A stretch of DNA of 64,000 nt from Eledone cirrhosa (lineage: Eukaryota), in assembly GCA_964016885.1 (NCBI GenBank), contig OZ024742.1, forward strand, positions 308,326,001-308,390,000, given 5' to 3'. Positions 29,072 through 43,744 of the stretch are shown here, piece after piece. Within the stretch, counting starts at the first letter, position 1, and the number at the start of each line of letters is the position of its first letter. The notes under the pieces are model-generated. The model was given only the letters and a program-made list of their open reading frames with translations. It was not told the origin of the DNA and did not search any database. Position numbers and translations under genes: made by a program.

Positions 29072-30290
29072 ATCATCATCATCTTTCTTTTCCCTGCTTT
29101 TCCCTGCTTGCAAGGGTGGGACGGGTCCTATTCAGCACATCATCTCTCCACTTGTCATGGTCCTTCGTCATCTCCAGCGTGAGCTTCAGTGATCTGGTCT
29201 TCTCTCACCACCTCCGCCCATATTTTTCGTGGTTTTCCTCTACTACTTCTTCCTTGAACTGGCATTTACCCAGCTGTCATCCTCCATGCGCATCACATGT
29301 CCATACCATCGCAGTCTTCTCTCCCGCACACTACAACTTATTCCTCTTAAACACAGTTTCTCTCTCAACACACCTATGCTCGGTCGTTCACGCACATTGA
29401 CATTGCACATCCAACGGAGCATGCTTGCCTCATTTACCTCCAGCCGTCGCATATCCTCTGTAGTTGCTGCCCATGTCTCACTACCATGCAGCATCGCGTA
29501 TCTCACACAGGCATCATATAACCAGCCTTTCGTACGCAGGGAGAAACCCTTCTTCGTCAGCAGAGGATGCAGCTCCCTAAACTTCTTCCAACCTGTCCTT
29601 ATTCTAGATACTATGGCCTCGGAATACCCCCTTCCCATGCTAATCTATTCACCTAGGTACCGGAAGCTATCAACTACTTCTATAGAAACCACCTGTATTT
29701 GAAAAATGTGTCTATCAATGCGACTTATACTGTCAAATTTCCCTGTACATCTACTGCATACGAGTTTTGTCCTCTTTTCTACTCATCAACACTTTTGTCT
29801 TAGATAGGTTCACTCTCAGTCCTCTTAATTCCAACTGCTGTTTCCATGGGCCAGAATTTATTTTCTAGCTCCTCTACTGATTCTGCTATAAGAACCAGAT
29901 CGTCAGCATAGAGAAGTTCCCAGGCAGTCTTAAACTCCTCTGTTATGGCTTGAAGGACTATCATGAACAGGTGCGGGCTGAGGACCGAACCCTGATGTAC
30001 TCCTACTTGTATCTGGAATTCCTCACTAAACTCCATTCCTACCCTCACTTTACTGACAGCACCTCTGTACAAAGCTTGCACTGTCCTCACAAGTCATTCC
30101 TCAACACCTAGTTTCCTTAGGGACCACCAGCCTACAGATCGGGGTACCCTATCAAAGGCCTTCTCTAGGTCAACAAAAGCTAAGTATAGTGGCTTATTCT
30201 TCTCTCTTGTAGTTGTCTCACTGAGAAGAGGGCATCTGTTGTACTTTTCCCAGGCACAAGACCAAACTTCATTTTTCTCCTCTGATCTGA
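29072..30290 (-). mobile_element. 5'-truncated, decayed RTE LINE (RT plus C-terminus)
   Basis: VDLEKAFDRVP, GVHQGSVLSP, LLYADD, MLHGSETW, RRLRWYGHVMRME; (GAT)n tail. Confidence 0.93.
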
Positions 30291-30578
30291 GAACGCGTCA
30301 CACATATCTTACTAACCATGAAAAGTCCAGATATCTGTTGCAAAATGCATTAATCTTTCATCAGTGACATTTAATCAACCTGTGAATATATATAGACTAG
30401 AGCCTATAATGATTTTGCGTGAACCTTCGCTGGAGAATCTCATTTGCCTATCGCAAATAGAAAGCTTCTTCTGGAAATGCTGATTGGTATATGATACGAA
30501 CCTGGTAATATATGTTTATATATGACCAGAAAAAATTGGCAATGACGTTGGAAGAAATCAAATTGCAATAAACACATA

Positions 30579-30720
30579 ATTGTTTCTACTTTTGGCACAA
30601 GACCAGCAATTACCCAGTACATTACTGGTACTTTATTTTATCAACCCCGTAAGGATGAAAGGCAAAGTTAACCTCGGTGGGATTTGAACACAGAATGGCA
30701 AGGGCCGTAACTCTTTGCGT
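30579..30720 (-). mobile_element. 5'-truncated SINE (main family)
   Basis: Matches 10651-10790. Confidence 0.88.
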
Positions 30721-30934
30721 CAATAAACAAATAATGGTCGAGAATTAGGAGGAGGACGATAGGACGCATAGATATAAGTACGTATATATGTGTATGCTTG
30801 TGTGTATGTGTGTATGTACATATATGGGTGTATGCATGTGTATATGTGTATGTACATATATGTGTTTATGCTTGTGTATATGTGTGTATGCTTGTGTATA
30901 TGTGTGTATGAACATATATGTGTATTTATGTGTG

Positions 30935-31045
30935 CCTGTAAAACAAAAGCTTCCGTGCAGTTTGTTTCTTCAACTAAATTCCACTCACAAGTTAATGACT
31001 ACACCTAGGCTATGGTAGAAGTAAATTATCCAAGATCCCATCAAT
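30935..31045 (-). mobile_element. Decayed fragment of a second SINE family (related to 47040-47210)
   Basis: GCTTCCGTGCAGTTT..TAAATTCCACTCACAAG..GGCTATGGTAGAAG. Confidence 0.5.
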
Positions 31046-31579
31046 AGAAAAATAAAAGAAACCTTTGTAGATATAGGTAATGGGTATATTGCTTATATAA
31101 CAGATTTCTTCAGATAATTGATGATAGAATAATGTGTCTTCGTCGTTGTCTTAAACAGCCGAACGATAACACGACATCATGATTCAATTCAACGGCATAC
31201 TGAAAGTGTAATATTTCTCTGCTGGTCTGATATTCTTAACGATTCTTAGCAGGTTACATGTTGTTACTGAAAGGAAACAAGGATACAATTAATTTGCTTT
31301 TGATAAATTGATGATTGATTGTTTATTTCTTTTGTTATTTATTTAGCATAATGTTTGTACATTAGGTAGGATTTCAAATAAATGCTGTATCTGATATGTT
31401 TCTGAATTAAAGCTACTTTCACCGTATGGAGCATAGGGACGTCACATGTGAGGTGTATATATATGTATGTTGCATTTCTGTTTTGTTTTTTCTCCGTTAC
31501 TATTAAATAATGATAAATCAGCCTGTTGGTGGTAACAACAAGTTGATTTATTATCATTTGATAATAATAACGTGATTTC

Positions 31580-31890
31580 AAATCTAAAATCACATGAAAG
31601 ACTACCGTTATGCAGCCCTATCCCTCCAATACTAGGTGAGATAACATATGTGGTATGCAGAAAAATTTGCAAATCAATTTCTGGCTTTAAAAAGTCTATG
31701 AAATTATGTAAGAATGACATCCCACAAACTAGCCCAATTAATCCCATAGAGGACACGTCTTTTGTCTGTCACATTTGCTGCAGGCCGTCAAATCTGCATT
31801 GTTTCATTGATCAGGTGAGTCTCAAGGCTGATCAATCGAAATTGCGTCACAGTGTGTCTCTGATCAAGTCATCGGAATACATCGGAATAT
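31580..31890 (+). pseudogene. Decayed RTE-BovB-like 3' end
   Basis: ORF 31572..31904 has RLP..ILGEI..GFKKSMK..FVCHIC, which parallels 58693..59007 and 58328..58792. Confidence 0.5.
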
Positions 31891-34800
31891 ATATAGTCAT
31901 ATAGATAGCTACATAGATAGATAGATAGATATGTAGATATAGATATAGATATAGATATAGATATATACATATGTGTATTTGTATGGGTTACATTCACTCT
32001 GCCAATATGTGGTTGAGTTTGGTGTCACCACCAAAATTTCTTGAAGTTCCTACTTTTTGTAGAACTGTTTGTACCTGTATATTTTGATTTTGGGCAAATA
32101 TCTAAGCTGTTGTATTTTAGTGTATTTTTATGTTCTTCTTTCTTTGATGTTGATAATAACTTTTATTCGCTACGTTGTGAGTATAAAAATATTTTTATGC
32201 TACTTGTGATGTCAAAGGTGAAATGTTGTGGTTGTGTCTTTACTCCCCTCTGTCTCTATTGATTTGTGTAGTCTTCAGAGAGACATATAGTTTATTTTTT
32301 AGTTGTTTTCTTTGTGGTTTACTCTATACTGCGTTTGCTGCTATGGTATATACAATACCTCCTGCACTCTCGTGTATTATATGCATGTTGTTTTCGACGT
32401 AAAATCCTGTGTGTTGTGCTTGTGTTTAATCCTCTTGAGCAGTCGTTCGTTTTATTTTATTTTCAATGCATATTCATTGTACAATTTGTTATATTTCAAT
32501 ATATTAGACCTTGTTACTTCTGCTTATAAATCTCTGTACAAGCGTATATATTTCCGACATTGACAGTTTTCTTTACATCTTCATTTTTCTTCCTTCATGC
32601 CTTTTTTGTAATGCTCCTGTGTATTGAATTTATAGTGTTCATGTGTAATAGATCGTATTACTGCAATACCACAATCCTATTACATAACAATACATTATCC
32701 GAACGCTTTTAACTTTATTTTATTCTCGAGGCTAACTGTAAGAGGAGATTGTTTTCTGTGTTAACCGTGTAAGATGAGACCGCTTGGAAATTATTCTCGC
32801 ATCGTGACCGCATAGTGACATTACGAAACGTTTTGTATACTTGAAATAATAATTTGGAAACAACCACTAAGTATTAACAATACTGTCAATGTAATGAACA
32901 AGGGAAATAATTCGAACCTAACAATCGTTAACCATGTGACTCACAGTAACTTAAATTCTAACCTACGCACACCGATGCCTTGCTCATACGTCCCATATAA
33001 TATGATGCGTTAAACTTTCGAACACAAGCGTTCGGATTTTATTCCAAATTCTCACATATACCTGGCATGAGCTCATATATACAGATAGCTCACTTCGCTT
33101 CATCTTTCTGCCCACGCTTGAACCGCTTATTTTTCCTATCACATACTCACTCTTTCTGCAGAAAAAAGACTCCTTCAACTCTCTAGCTTCCTCTCTGCGA
33201 TTATATCATATTCAGGATCACTATTGATTTAATTCTAAGAGGATAAAACATAAATATCCTATAATAAGTTGACCCATCTAATGTAGATAACTTTCCCTCA
33301 AGCCGAACTGTTAAATATTTTCTGACAAATCAATATACTGATGTCATGTAGAGTAAAGTCTTCTAACCAGAAGTTTGGTGAAAATAATGTTGATTAGAAA
33401 TTATTATCTGAGTGTAGGTCGTTTATACGTTATCAATATAGCTATCACTGCTTTATCCTGTGACAGAAAATTAAATAGTGTTCCAGCTGAGTATAATATT
33501 TGTGTTAGCTAGTGTACCACAGTTAACCCATCGAATGTATCAGAGTAAAATCTCCTCTGAGAATCGTTTCTACACACATGTACTACAAGACTACAAAAGA
33601 CTCGTCAAAATGAACCACGCTGCTGTTGTGTGTGGCGTTAAACTGGAATACAATCTACATCTATACTTCAATAGAGTTGATCGAGACATTAATGTAATAG
33701 AATATATGCATTAAAATGTTTGTACCGCACAATATTCAACACCCATCCACTAACTCACTAATTACACACAAAGACACACACAGAAACATGCTGACACGCG
33801 TACACGCATACACACACATATATATATATACTATCACGCATTGCTCACATCACCCGCACTACCTCACACATATGTCTCTATATATATTTATATATAAAGA
33901 ATATGTGAGAGCGTGAGGAGGTGGCAGTGAGAGATCCATTCTGTTATATTGTGCTCCAATAAATAGATTAGTTAATAGATAGCTAAAATCTCATCAAGAA
34001 ACCCCGAGATAAGCAAATAATATACATACGTAGTTGTCGTTGCCATTTTGAACTTCCTGTCGTTTTGTATTTCCTGAGACTTAAGCTGATAAGAACTTAA
34101 TACACTAGTTAATGTTTCTGTATTAGATTGGAACTTAGGCTATTGATAATGGGCGCATAAATTATTTAATTTTAAGTTCTAATTAAAATCTCCAAGTAAG
34201 TCTTTAAATCACGAGGAGAGGAAGAAGAGAAATGAGAAAAGCGAAATCAGTGTGAAAGCAAAGTCGATAACCTGGCCATTTAAACAGGTGTCTTCGATAT
34301 ATGAGAACAATTAGTTAATGATACTTCTAACGTAAACGAAACCGAAGGGGATGAGTTACAACTTGGAATAATTGAGTTGTTTATTTCTTTCATTGCTTTC
34401 CTGAAAGCAATGTTAAGATGTTCTTAAACTTACAGCAATGACTATGACATTCAGGCAATGATAACATCTGACAATAATGATCAATGTTATTAGAATACGT
34501 TATTTATTTAGATTAACATTGAATTAGCTATTTTGGAATCTCTTTATTTGGGTGATATCAGAAGAATATTCACATCCTCTGATTGATATCATGTGATTAT
34601 CCTTTATATAGCGTCAAGTATAATGAAATCTGCGATAGCTCGTATTGCGAAGATATTTGCTGACTGGTTAGGTAATCGTTGGTTCTTATACCGAGAAACT
34701 CCCGGGGGTATACAATTAACCTTAAATAGCATAATCTACATAGATTTAAAATCCCTGCAAAGATCGGAACTAGAGTTCTTTTCGTGCGCATCGTAATAAC

Positions 34801-35196
34801 GAATATGAGTTGCTTTCTGTTTTAATTCATTGTATCCATCAACCATGTGAAATTTTATACCAGAATAAGAATCACTATTTTTTTGTTCATTGTAACACTC
34901 AACAATAAGCTGAACATTTATGATCAGATATAGAAATATTATTTCCTCCCTCGGTAAAGTGTTTAATTGATGTTTAACATCGAACTAGAAAATAGAGTTG
35001 ATTTAATTTAAAACAGCTATTTATATATATATATTGTTATACTTTGGGAGGGTCATGTTGACAATAAGAAACACACGCACCAGTTGCTTTCACTTCAATT
35101 TATTATATATTTATAAATTTATAAATTTACAAATTTACAAACTTATAAATTTCTGGTTGGTTGGTTGGTTCCACAACCAGATAGTTGTTTATATAT

Positions 35197-35241
35197 AGTC
35201 ATAGTCCTTTCGTCACACACTCTGTGACCTCTTCAGTGACT
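35197..35241 (-). ncRNA. Minimal type-I hammerhead motif
   Basis: agtca-CTGAAGA-g-gtcac..gtgac-GAAA-ggac-TA-tgact. Confidence 0.7.
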
Positions 35242-35801
35242 GGGGATTCCTTTCTTCGTTTCTGTGCCTTTCCTTTCTTCTATCCTACGCCATTTTGTTT
35301 CTGTGTGTGTGTTGTGTGCTCAGTTTGCGCATGCGCCACATCCGGGTGTCTGTGTGTGTTTGTGTTCATTTATCTATTTGTTTATTTATTTATTTATTTA
35401 TTGTTGGTTGGTTGTTTGTTCTATGTGTGTGTGTGTTTTCATTTTGTCCTGTGTGTGTTTTCATTTTGTGTGTGTTTTCATTTTGTCCTTAATTGTAAGT
35501 TGTTTGTTCTATGTGTGTGTGTGTTTTCATTTTGTCCTTAATTGTAAGTTGTGATGTTGCTGTTCCACTCATATTTGAAAACACACACAGGACAAAATGA
35601 AAACACACACACACATAGAACAAACAACCAACCAACAATAAATAAATAAATAAATAAATAAACAAATAGATAAATGAACACAAACACACACAGACACCCG
35701 GATGTGGCGCATGCGCAAACTGAGCACACAACACACACACAGAAACAAAATGGCGTAGGATAGAAGAAAGGAAAGGCACAGAAACGAAGAAAGGAATCCT
35801 C

Positions 35802-35846
35802 AGTCACTGAAGAGGTCACAGAGTGTGTGACGAAAGGACTATGACT
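35802..35846 (+). ncRNA. Minimal type-I hammerhead motif
   Basis: Inverted copy of 35197-35241. Confidence 0.7.
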
Positions 35847-36066
35847 ATATATAAACAACTATCTGGTTGTGGAACCAACCAACCAACCAGAAATTTATAA
35901 GTTCGTAAATTTGTAAATTTATAAATTTATAAATATATAATAAATTGAAGTGAAAGCAACTGGTGCGTGTGTTTCTTATTGGCAACATGACCCTCCCAAA
36001 GTATAACAATATCGGTTTCAACACACGATTTCAGATAAAGAATCTTGCTAAACAAATTCAGAAACG

Positions 36067-36114
<48 letters not shown>

Positions 36115-38732
36115 TATATATATATATTTTTTTTTTTTTTTGTAGTTTGATGTTAATTATGTAAAGCCCAAGCTGGGTACTCAACATTCCTTCCTGAATA
36201 TCTTGGGATGCAATATCTCCATAGATATTCTAAACCATTACAGATAAGATACGATATATGTTCAAAAGCAAATTCTTTTTTAATAATTCAGTCTAGAGGA
36301 AACCGTGACCGATGCGATCGATGTATTTTATGTTCTGTTTGAATATATGCATATTGATGTATATAGAGAAAACATCACCCGGGAAATATTCGAGACAGCT
36401 GATGTTCTGGAGAAGAAAGACTGAGATGGCAGTTAAAGCGGGGTCTAGGTGTGGGCCTGAGTGAAGGGCGAAATAAACCACACTGTTAATGTAAAGATTG
36501 AGCAAAAGACATAATGGTTATATTCATAAACACTGTGTACTTTGAATGGAAGAGTAACAAAGAGATTGGGGCAGTCTTTTGGAACTAAAATGCATTAGTA
36601 TCGTTAAAGAAGCAAGACTTTCATCACGCTGTGAATTAGTATATGTAATACAGTCATAATTGGTGCGTCTGTTTATTTAAGAACAGAGATTGGGATTCAG
36701 AACAGAAAATGATGAACTTTAGTGAATCGCGTTGGTGCATGCATAGAAATTGAATTCAAAATATGTGAAATGTGAATCGAGGCCGGGTCGTTGATTTTAC
36801 TTTGGCTCGCTAAATTTAAAATTAGAATTGTAACATTAACGTTTCATTTTAATGGGGTTGTTGTCATCATCAACAAACGAAACGGCATCACAGGTTTCAT
36901 TTATACAGAAAAGACATTTTCTTGTACAGCACTCATTATCACAAAACATTTATTTCGAGTAGCTGAAGTGTTAAAATGCTTAACGAAAATATATTTAAAT
37001 TATCTGTTAATCTCATTTCCCAGTGTTACTCAATGTTTCCTTAACATTTTGTGTGATAAGCTAATTGTTATAGTGTGAGTAAGTAAAGTTTAAAAAAACG
37101 TTTGTTCCCTACTGATAGAGTTTAAGAAAGTGCAGTATTCCTTGCACCCGAGGCCAAATAATAATGCTAGGCTCTCCTCTTTTATTTTTCATAATAACGA
37201 CTTATAAGTCTATGGTCATTTATGATTTTGTAAACAATTGAAATATCCAAGCCATCTTATACTAATCAACATAAAGATGTGGGCGGCGTTCATTTAACGA
37301 TCTACAATAGACTATACCACTCCTCAATATTTCGTAAACTTCTGTATATCTAACAAAACAATATTATATTTAATCTGTTAATCAGGAAGACAGAATGTGC
37401 CAGTTCTGTTTAATGTTGTATTAAATACATTGTGGCACTTTAACCTAACTCAACCTTAAAAGTTCTGCAATAAACTAATCCAATAAATTTGACATTAAGT
37501 AACATAAAGCTAAGATTAATCTTAAGTGTGAGTATTTATGCATATATGAAAATATACAAAGTTTATGCATAATAAAAATATCAGTTTGATTTGTGGAAAC
37601 ATGTCACAAATCCTCATGAAGTCAATGGTTTCGACAATAACTTACGCCTTCTTCTTCTTCTTCTTCTTCTTCTTCTTCTCCTGCTCATTACTGAGAGCAT
37701 CATGGAGGCAGAGTCCTCAAACACATCTGCCTGTGGGACCTGTCAATTCCAGCAGAATCCCCAAGTGAAACCAGCCGAGCTCATGGATGATATCCAATCA
37801 ACTTGTTCGGAGATCTACCACTTAGTCTCCTGCCTGAATGTTTATAATTTACACAAACTGTCTCAACAAATTCTCCTAAAGCTATGGCAAGTCCAGCAAT
37901 ACAGTGACTGAATTCTAGGCTGCTAAGATATGTATGCGAGGATTTGACAAAAGCAATAGTTTTGCATTTGATATCGAAGCATTCGGCTGTATTGCGTTAA
38001 AGCCCAAGATAACTTTACTCCATTATAGAATTCATCCATAATCGTTCATTTTACAGAGGCGTCCTGCTACTTCACGCCATTTAGATGTAAAACGACGAAA
38101 CTCTCTCAATTTTGAATGTTTGAACAGGTTAAGTTGTATCTTCCTAAACATTAAATAAAGCAGGCATTAAACACACTCAGCCTAAACATCTTCGACCAGA
38201 CATATTTTTTCAATGAAGATAGATGCTTGGAATGAAACATGACAACCGTTTTCCCGCTAACAGCAAAATAAGCGAAACAACAAACATGAAAGAAGCAACT
38301 TGATACGCCAGCTTCCAGCATCAGGTATTCTAGACACATAAACCCTCACAATAGACTAACGCGTTTACAAACTCTGGCGATATAAAATGGCGCGTACACG
38401 TTCCGAAAACATTAAAAACAAATACTATGATTTCTCTTCAGGAATAGAACTCTATCCAGGATTGATCAAGTATTCTGCCTCTTCAGAACAGAACTTATAA
38501 CAGTCATATAACACCATATAGCTCTGATGAGTATCCTCAACCGGTCAGGCTGTATTTCGGTCGTGTAGTATTTCGATAACCTCGTATACGGCTGTGATAA
38601 TTGGAAGTAGAGAGCAAAATACATAATGTTAAAGAATACAGCAACAAGGTTAAGTCGTTATTAATCCAGGGAATTATGTACCTTTCTGAACGTATGCATA
38701 TAGGTGCGCACGCACACATACACACACACACC

Positions 38733-38772
<40 letters not shown>

Positions 38773-38776
<4 letters not shown>

Positions 38777-39344
38777 GGAAAGAATGAAATGAAGGTTCAT
38801 TTCTCACTCTTAGTACGGCTGATACTTAAATGTAAGTATGTATACGTACATACATATATGTATACAGACGTACAGTAATACAGTAGTATGTATATATATA
38901 CATACAGGCACACATATATATATATATATATTTACGTATGGGTTTACCGAACATTTATTATAATGTTCGGTTTGTTTGTAAACAAACGGCCCGAATTAAG
39001 CCGTACAGTGTTCGGTAACCACAGTCGCCCTTTTGTTCAACACTGACAAAGGAACGATGAACTAGTTTCAAGCTTATTAGCTATCGTCATCATCGTATAC
39101 CTTCCTGTCAGATGATTGAACGTTTGAAAGTATATACTTTCCTTATGCATATTAACGGTTGAGCAGCCTAATTTGCATATCGAGTGAGTTAGTCGCCCGG
39201 GCGTATCGAAAACGATAAATGGATAAATGAAAAAAAATGAAATGAAATGAAATTTCTCACTCTTAGTACGGCTGATACTTAAATGTAAGTATGTATACGT
39301 GCATACATCTATGTATACAGACGTACAGTAGTATGTATATATAT

Positions 39345-39352
<8 letters not shown>
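38773..39352 (-). mobile_element. Direct-repeat-bounded non-coding element (repeats of about 120 bp, period about 450 bp) with an internal HHR
   Basis: TTCTCACTCTTAGTACGGCTGATACTTAAATG at 38801 and 39254. Confidence 0.65.
39055..39095 (-). ncRNA. Minimal type-I hammerhead motif with a C3-to-A change
   Basis: cgatg-ATGACGA-t-agc taataa gct-t-GAAA-ctag-TT-catcg. Confidence 0.65.
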
Positions 39353-39420
<68 letters not shown>

Positions 39421-39480
39421 CAAAAAAACAGACAAACGCAGGAGTAAATTATTAGTTACATATATATATATATATATATA

Positions 39481-39641
39481 TCCGTGTAAAGTTGATGGCT
39501 GAGTGAAAGAAGTACTCAATACCGAAGTAGAGTTTTAATTAGCATTTTTATTAAGGCTAAAAAGTGAGTCTTGTTACTCTGGAGTTTCGTCTATTTATCA
39601 CAGAGTCATCAGAAAAGAATTCTTGCCTTAATAAAAATGAA
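39481..39641 (-). mobile_element. 160-bp HHR plus tail-hairpin element with a 15-nt inverted short arm
   Basis: HHR at 39569-39618, hairpin at 39511-39533, and GCCTTAATAAAAATG present on both strands. Confidence 0.8.
39569..39618 (-). ncRNA. Type-I hammerhead motif
   Basis: tctttt-CTGATGA-c-tctg tgataaa taga-c-GAAA-ctccagag-TA-acaaga; GUA site. Confidence 0.75.
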
Positions 39642-39650
39642 TATATATAT

Positions 39651-39999
39651 ATTTGTTTTGCGAGGTTTTTGATATGAAATCGTGTGTCGAACCAAATATT
39701 GTTATACTTGGGGAGGGTCATACTGTTGTAATATTATTGCCAGAATTAATAACAGAACACACTCACTGTTTGGTTGGTTTTCGCTTCTGTATCTTTTATA
39801 TCAGTTAATTTATTCGGTCCTCAATGTTTACAATTGTTAGACTATATATGTGTTTGTGTCTATATTATATCTGGGGTTTTTTTTTTTACCGAATAAATTA
39901 ACTGATATGAATGATACAGAAGCGAAAACCAACCAAACAGTGAGTGTGTTCTGTTATTAATTCTGGCAACATTATTACAACATTATGACCCTCCCCAAG

Positions 40000-40003
<4 letters not shown>
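39651..40003. mobile_element. Family C-related asymmetric inverted repeat (tail only, no HHR retained)
   Basis: TTGTTATACTTGGGGAGGGTCAT at 39699 and its reverse complement near 39985-40001; the left arm extends about 50 bp further. Confidence 0.8.
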
Positions 40004-40041
<38 letters not shown>

Positions 40042-40044
40042 TAT

Positions 40045-40170
40045 ATATCACCTTGATCACCTTGACCAACCAGTCTGTCGAGCGCCAATCGGCGCCGCCG
40101 GTCACAGCACGTCGTGCTGTTTTAGACATAAGATAACCCCATCCCACTGGCTGGGTGGGCAGGTCGATAT
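40045..40170 (-). mobile_element. Short GC-rich LINE/SINE 3'-end fragment with a (CAAGGTGAT)2 tail
   Basis: Tandem terminal repeat ATCACCTTG twice, embedded in (TA)n. Confidence 0.45.
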
Positions 40171-41274
40171 ATATATATATATATATATATCAACGTGGTG
40201 CACACACATATAAATACGTACACATAAACACGTGTATGCATCGACCATCTGTGGAAATACTACCAGTTCGTTTGTGCATGAGCGTTGAAAAAATGCATAG
40301 AACATAAATGGAATTATATGATATGCTGTCAGATTTGCCTTTCTCACATATCCATGAAAATGTCAACATTGTCAATCTTCCCTGAACATGTCGAGAACGT
40401 CAAACCGTATTTGTGTATACCCCTGTAGTCGCTAGTTAATATAACATGAAAGTGTGATATGTTTTCTTTGAAAATAATTACACTAGAGAAACATTTATTC
40501 ATAATATATTCAACACAAATATCATTTTGCAATTTAATCATTATTTGCAAATTATTATTTAATTTCTATAAAAATATATATTATAATATCAAGGACATAG
40601 ATGTACATGTCTCTATGTTTTTGATGGAGAGCAAATGATTGACACAGAGATGTGGTTGTTTCATCGAAAGAAAAGAAATGAACAAAAGGTACACCGAAAG
40701 AGAAGGAACTATTTGTTTTTAATTACTAGCCTATAATATAATAATATAGACAAATGGAAGATTAAATATCGTTAAATTTAAATTCAAGATCTCATAATGA
40801 AAAAAAAATGAAAATAGACGAATGTAAATTTGAACAATTCAAGAATATTAGGATAACATTAAAATAATGTGTAATTATGTAAGTATTTGAAATGTATGAA
40901 ATGATCCCATTTCTCTTTTCAGATTAAAACTTTGTTGCCCAGGAAATTTGACATGATATATTTTCAATTACCTTGCTTCAATTACCTTGCTTTAGAAATT
41001 AAATTGTATATTTAATAGATATTGATAGAAAATTATTTTCTACAAAATTACTTTTAAATTGAAAATCAACATTAAAGAAATATAACAAATTCCCAATCTC
41101 TTACGGCAATAAAAGACGTATACATCTCATATGCAACTGTAACGTATACAAACATATATAGTTACGTATTACATAGAAACAAGTACAGTCCAGACATGAC
41201 ATTTCACCGAAGGTTTATAGCAATCTTTTGTCTTATTACTTTCTATTATCTATCGTATTCTATATAAGTGTCGC

Positions 41275-41410
41275 AAGCAGCGAATTGACAGAGTCGTTAG
41301 AACGTCGGATATAATTCTTTGAAGAATTCGTTCTGGCTCTCTACTCTCTGAGTTCAATTCCCGCCGATTTCAACGCAGTCTTTCATCTTTTCGAAGTCAA
41401 TAAAAACGTA
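41275..41410 (+). mobile_element. Diverged SINE (main family relative)
   Basis: TGACAGAGTCGTTAG..GAGTTCAATTCCCGCCGA..TTTCATCTTTTCGAAGTCAATAAAA. Confidence 0.7.
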
Positions 41411-43039
41411 GCACTCTAGAGTCGTTTCTTTCTCTATATATCTTTCTCGCTTTCTTTCCTTCACTCTCTATTCTTCTCTGCTGTTCTTCTCTATTCTTCA
41501 TCTGCTGTGTTCAGACCTGGAGAGGAAATGGGCTCCGCCAAAAGCGAAAGTACCCAAGAAACTCCGTATGTCAATATGATACCCCTTTGACTATATCAAA
41601 CGTTACGGGTCCATACATATATATATATGCCGTAGATGTATTCTACTATCTAAAGCTCAGCACGTCAATATGGAGAGTTGAGTGCAAAATCTAGTCTTTT
41701 TATTTCAGATTACAAACATTCCTTTTATCAACGTTAGGATTCATTGCGGTGACAGCTACGTACTCAATATCGGTAAGGAAAAGGTGAGAAAGCTTATCTA
41801 AATACTGATATCCTCCGGTCCCAGGCTGAGGTTTTCTTCGGCAAAGTTGTGAGGATGGATCCGGCCTGAGAAGAAATCTCGTGAGGTGGAATGGCTGATA
41901 CATTGTGTGTGGCTGACTAATTTCAACAGCAATACTTTCACATAAAATCCGCAGGACGCATCATTCGTACATTCCCTAGCCATGTGGGTAAAGCTTGCCT
42001 CACCTTTCTCTCCAATTTTTCCTCTCTGTTTACCCTCTTCAAGGATTTCATTTTAATCCATTTGTTTTTCTTTTTTAAATACTTTCATTATTGTATACCT
42101 CTGTTCACCACTCAATTAGTTGCTTACATGTAATCCCCTATACTTGATCATTTTATAAAGAATGACATCTGGATGAGCTGAGTTCAAGGAAACTACGAGT
42201 TAAAGGCTATTAATTGTGTTTCTCTAATATAGTGATGTTTTCTCTACGGAAGTCTCTTTGACGAAAATAGGGACCCTAGACACACCCAACAAAGATGTAA
42301 ACGGTTACTATTATTTGATACAGCTCATCAATTGTATAAAACAGGCAAAATGTCGCTGTTTTTGAATATTGTTAGCTCACCTCTAACAGAGCACACCTAC
42401 GACCACAGGTATTCAAGTTATAGCAATAATATACCTCGCGTCCTTTAAAGTATTTATTTGATATGTGGGGATTATCTGACTGCTATTTCAACTAGATCGA
42501 CCGATCGAGTTGTCGTCTACCTAGTTGACTTGGTAGGAGCAATACATTGTGTATTGTTGTTTCATTAACTTGCAGAGTGAAATTCAATTCCTTTGATAGA
42601 TCTGATCAAAGACAAAAAATGCCTACACTGTTTCTCTGTTTAACCAATTCTATCCCGATCACTCAAAATTTGACACAATATGAGTTATGAATGGATCACC
42701 AGATTCGAACTCTATAGAATACTTACATCAGAGGATCAGTTTTTTCAAGAACGGATCAATTATATAGGTATTGACGACACCCTGATACTCGATTGTTTGA
42801 TGTCTGAAAGCTACAACTACAAGCATAACTATTCATTTTTCCCTGAACATAGCCATAATCGAAGTTCATAAATAATTCAAGTTGATTAACGATATTTTTT
42901 TCTACTAAAGCAACTCATGCGTAATTGTTTTTACCAAATTACATTTCATTGATATACTTCACAGGAGCCTACAACAGTTTGGTTGATCGTGAGACACCAA
43001 AATAAATTGTTTATCTTATACTGAATATAGATTTTGAGG

Positions 43040-43220
43040 GATGTGGATTGGCAGTATCGTTAAAGCCTCGAATAGAATGATTTATGATATTCAAGTCCCA
43101 CTAAAGTCAACTTTGCCTTTCATACTTCGGGTTCTATTAGTATTGGCCAGCTACCTGTGGCGGTATAATCGACTTTCCCGTCTCCTCAGAATTACTGGCC
43201 ATGTGGATTAATTATAAACC
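43040..43220 (+). mobile_element. Diverged SINE (main family)
   Basis: GTGGATTGGCAGTATCG..GTCAACTTTGCCTTTCATAC. Confidence 0.75.
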
Positions 43221-43744
43221 ATATACTGATTGTAGTACTCTTTTGTTGATTACGCCGAGCAGTGCCGTGATCGTGCATTGCTTTGATCATAGGCATATTT
43301 AGCAGGTCAAGTGACCAATTAAAAGCTGTCTCGGTAGATTACAATGGTCTTATATCCTGCCTCCTTTCCCGTGTTCACAGGATAAATCGGGACTGCTAAG
43401 GATCGATTTGTCAATTATACATTTCTACCGCCTCTGAGATGTGGCGTGGTCTAACTTTTCCCTTCATATTTATAGCTATGTGAGCTAGACAACTTGCTAG
43501 ATAAGTTCTTGGCTCTAGACTGAGCAGAGTGCCGATGCCCTTACATTCACTGCCGATACCTAAATACTAGTTATCTACCTATTATCCAATAAAATACATA
43601 CCAACGCAAATTGCTATTTGATAGGAAACGAATTAAGATTTAACACAGATATATCTATTACAATATCAAATACATATGCATACATATACGTACGTACATA
43701 CAATTACATCACACACAGACACATATATATAAATATATATATTT

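Larger units (their letters stand above)
35033..36070. mobile_element. PLE family C 3' end as an asymmetric inverted repeat: short-tail arm on minus 35033-35578, long-tail arm on plus 35577-36070
   Basis: About 430-bp near-perfect inverted repeat. The minus arm retains the ORF end KYEWNSNITTYN*, also seen at 54319-54490. (TA)n on both sides. Confidence 0.88.

Noticed and set aside
38524-38580. CTGATGA core
   Set aside because: No downstream GAAA-stem III-UH on the same strand.
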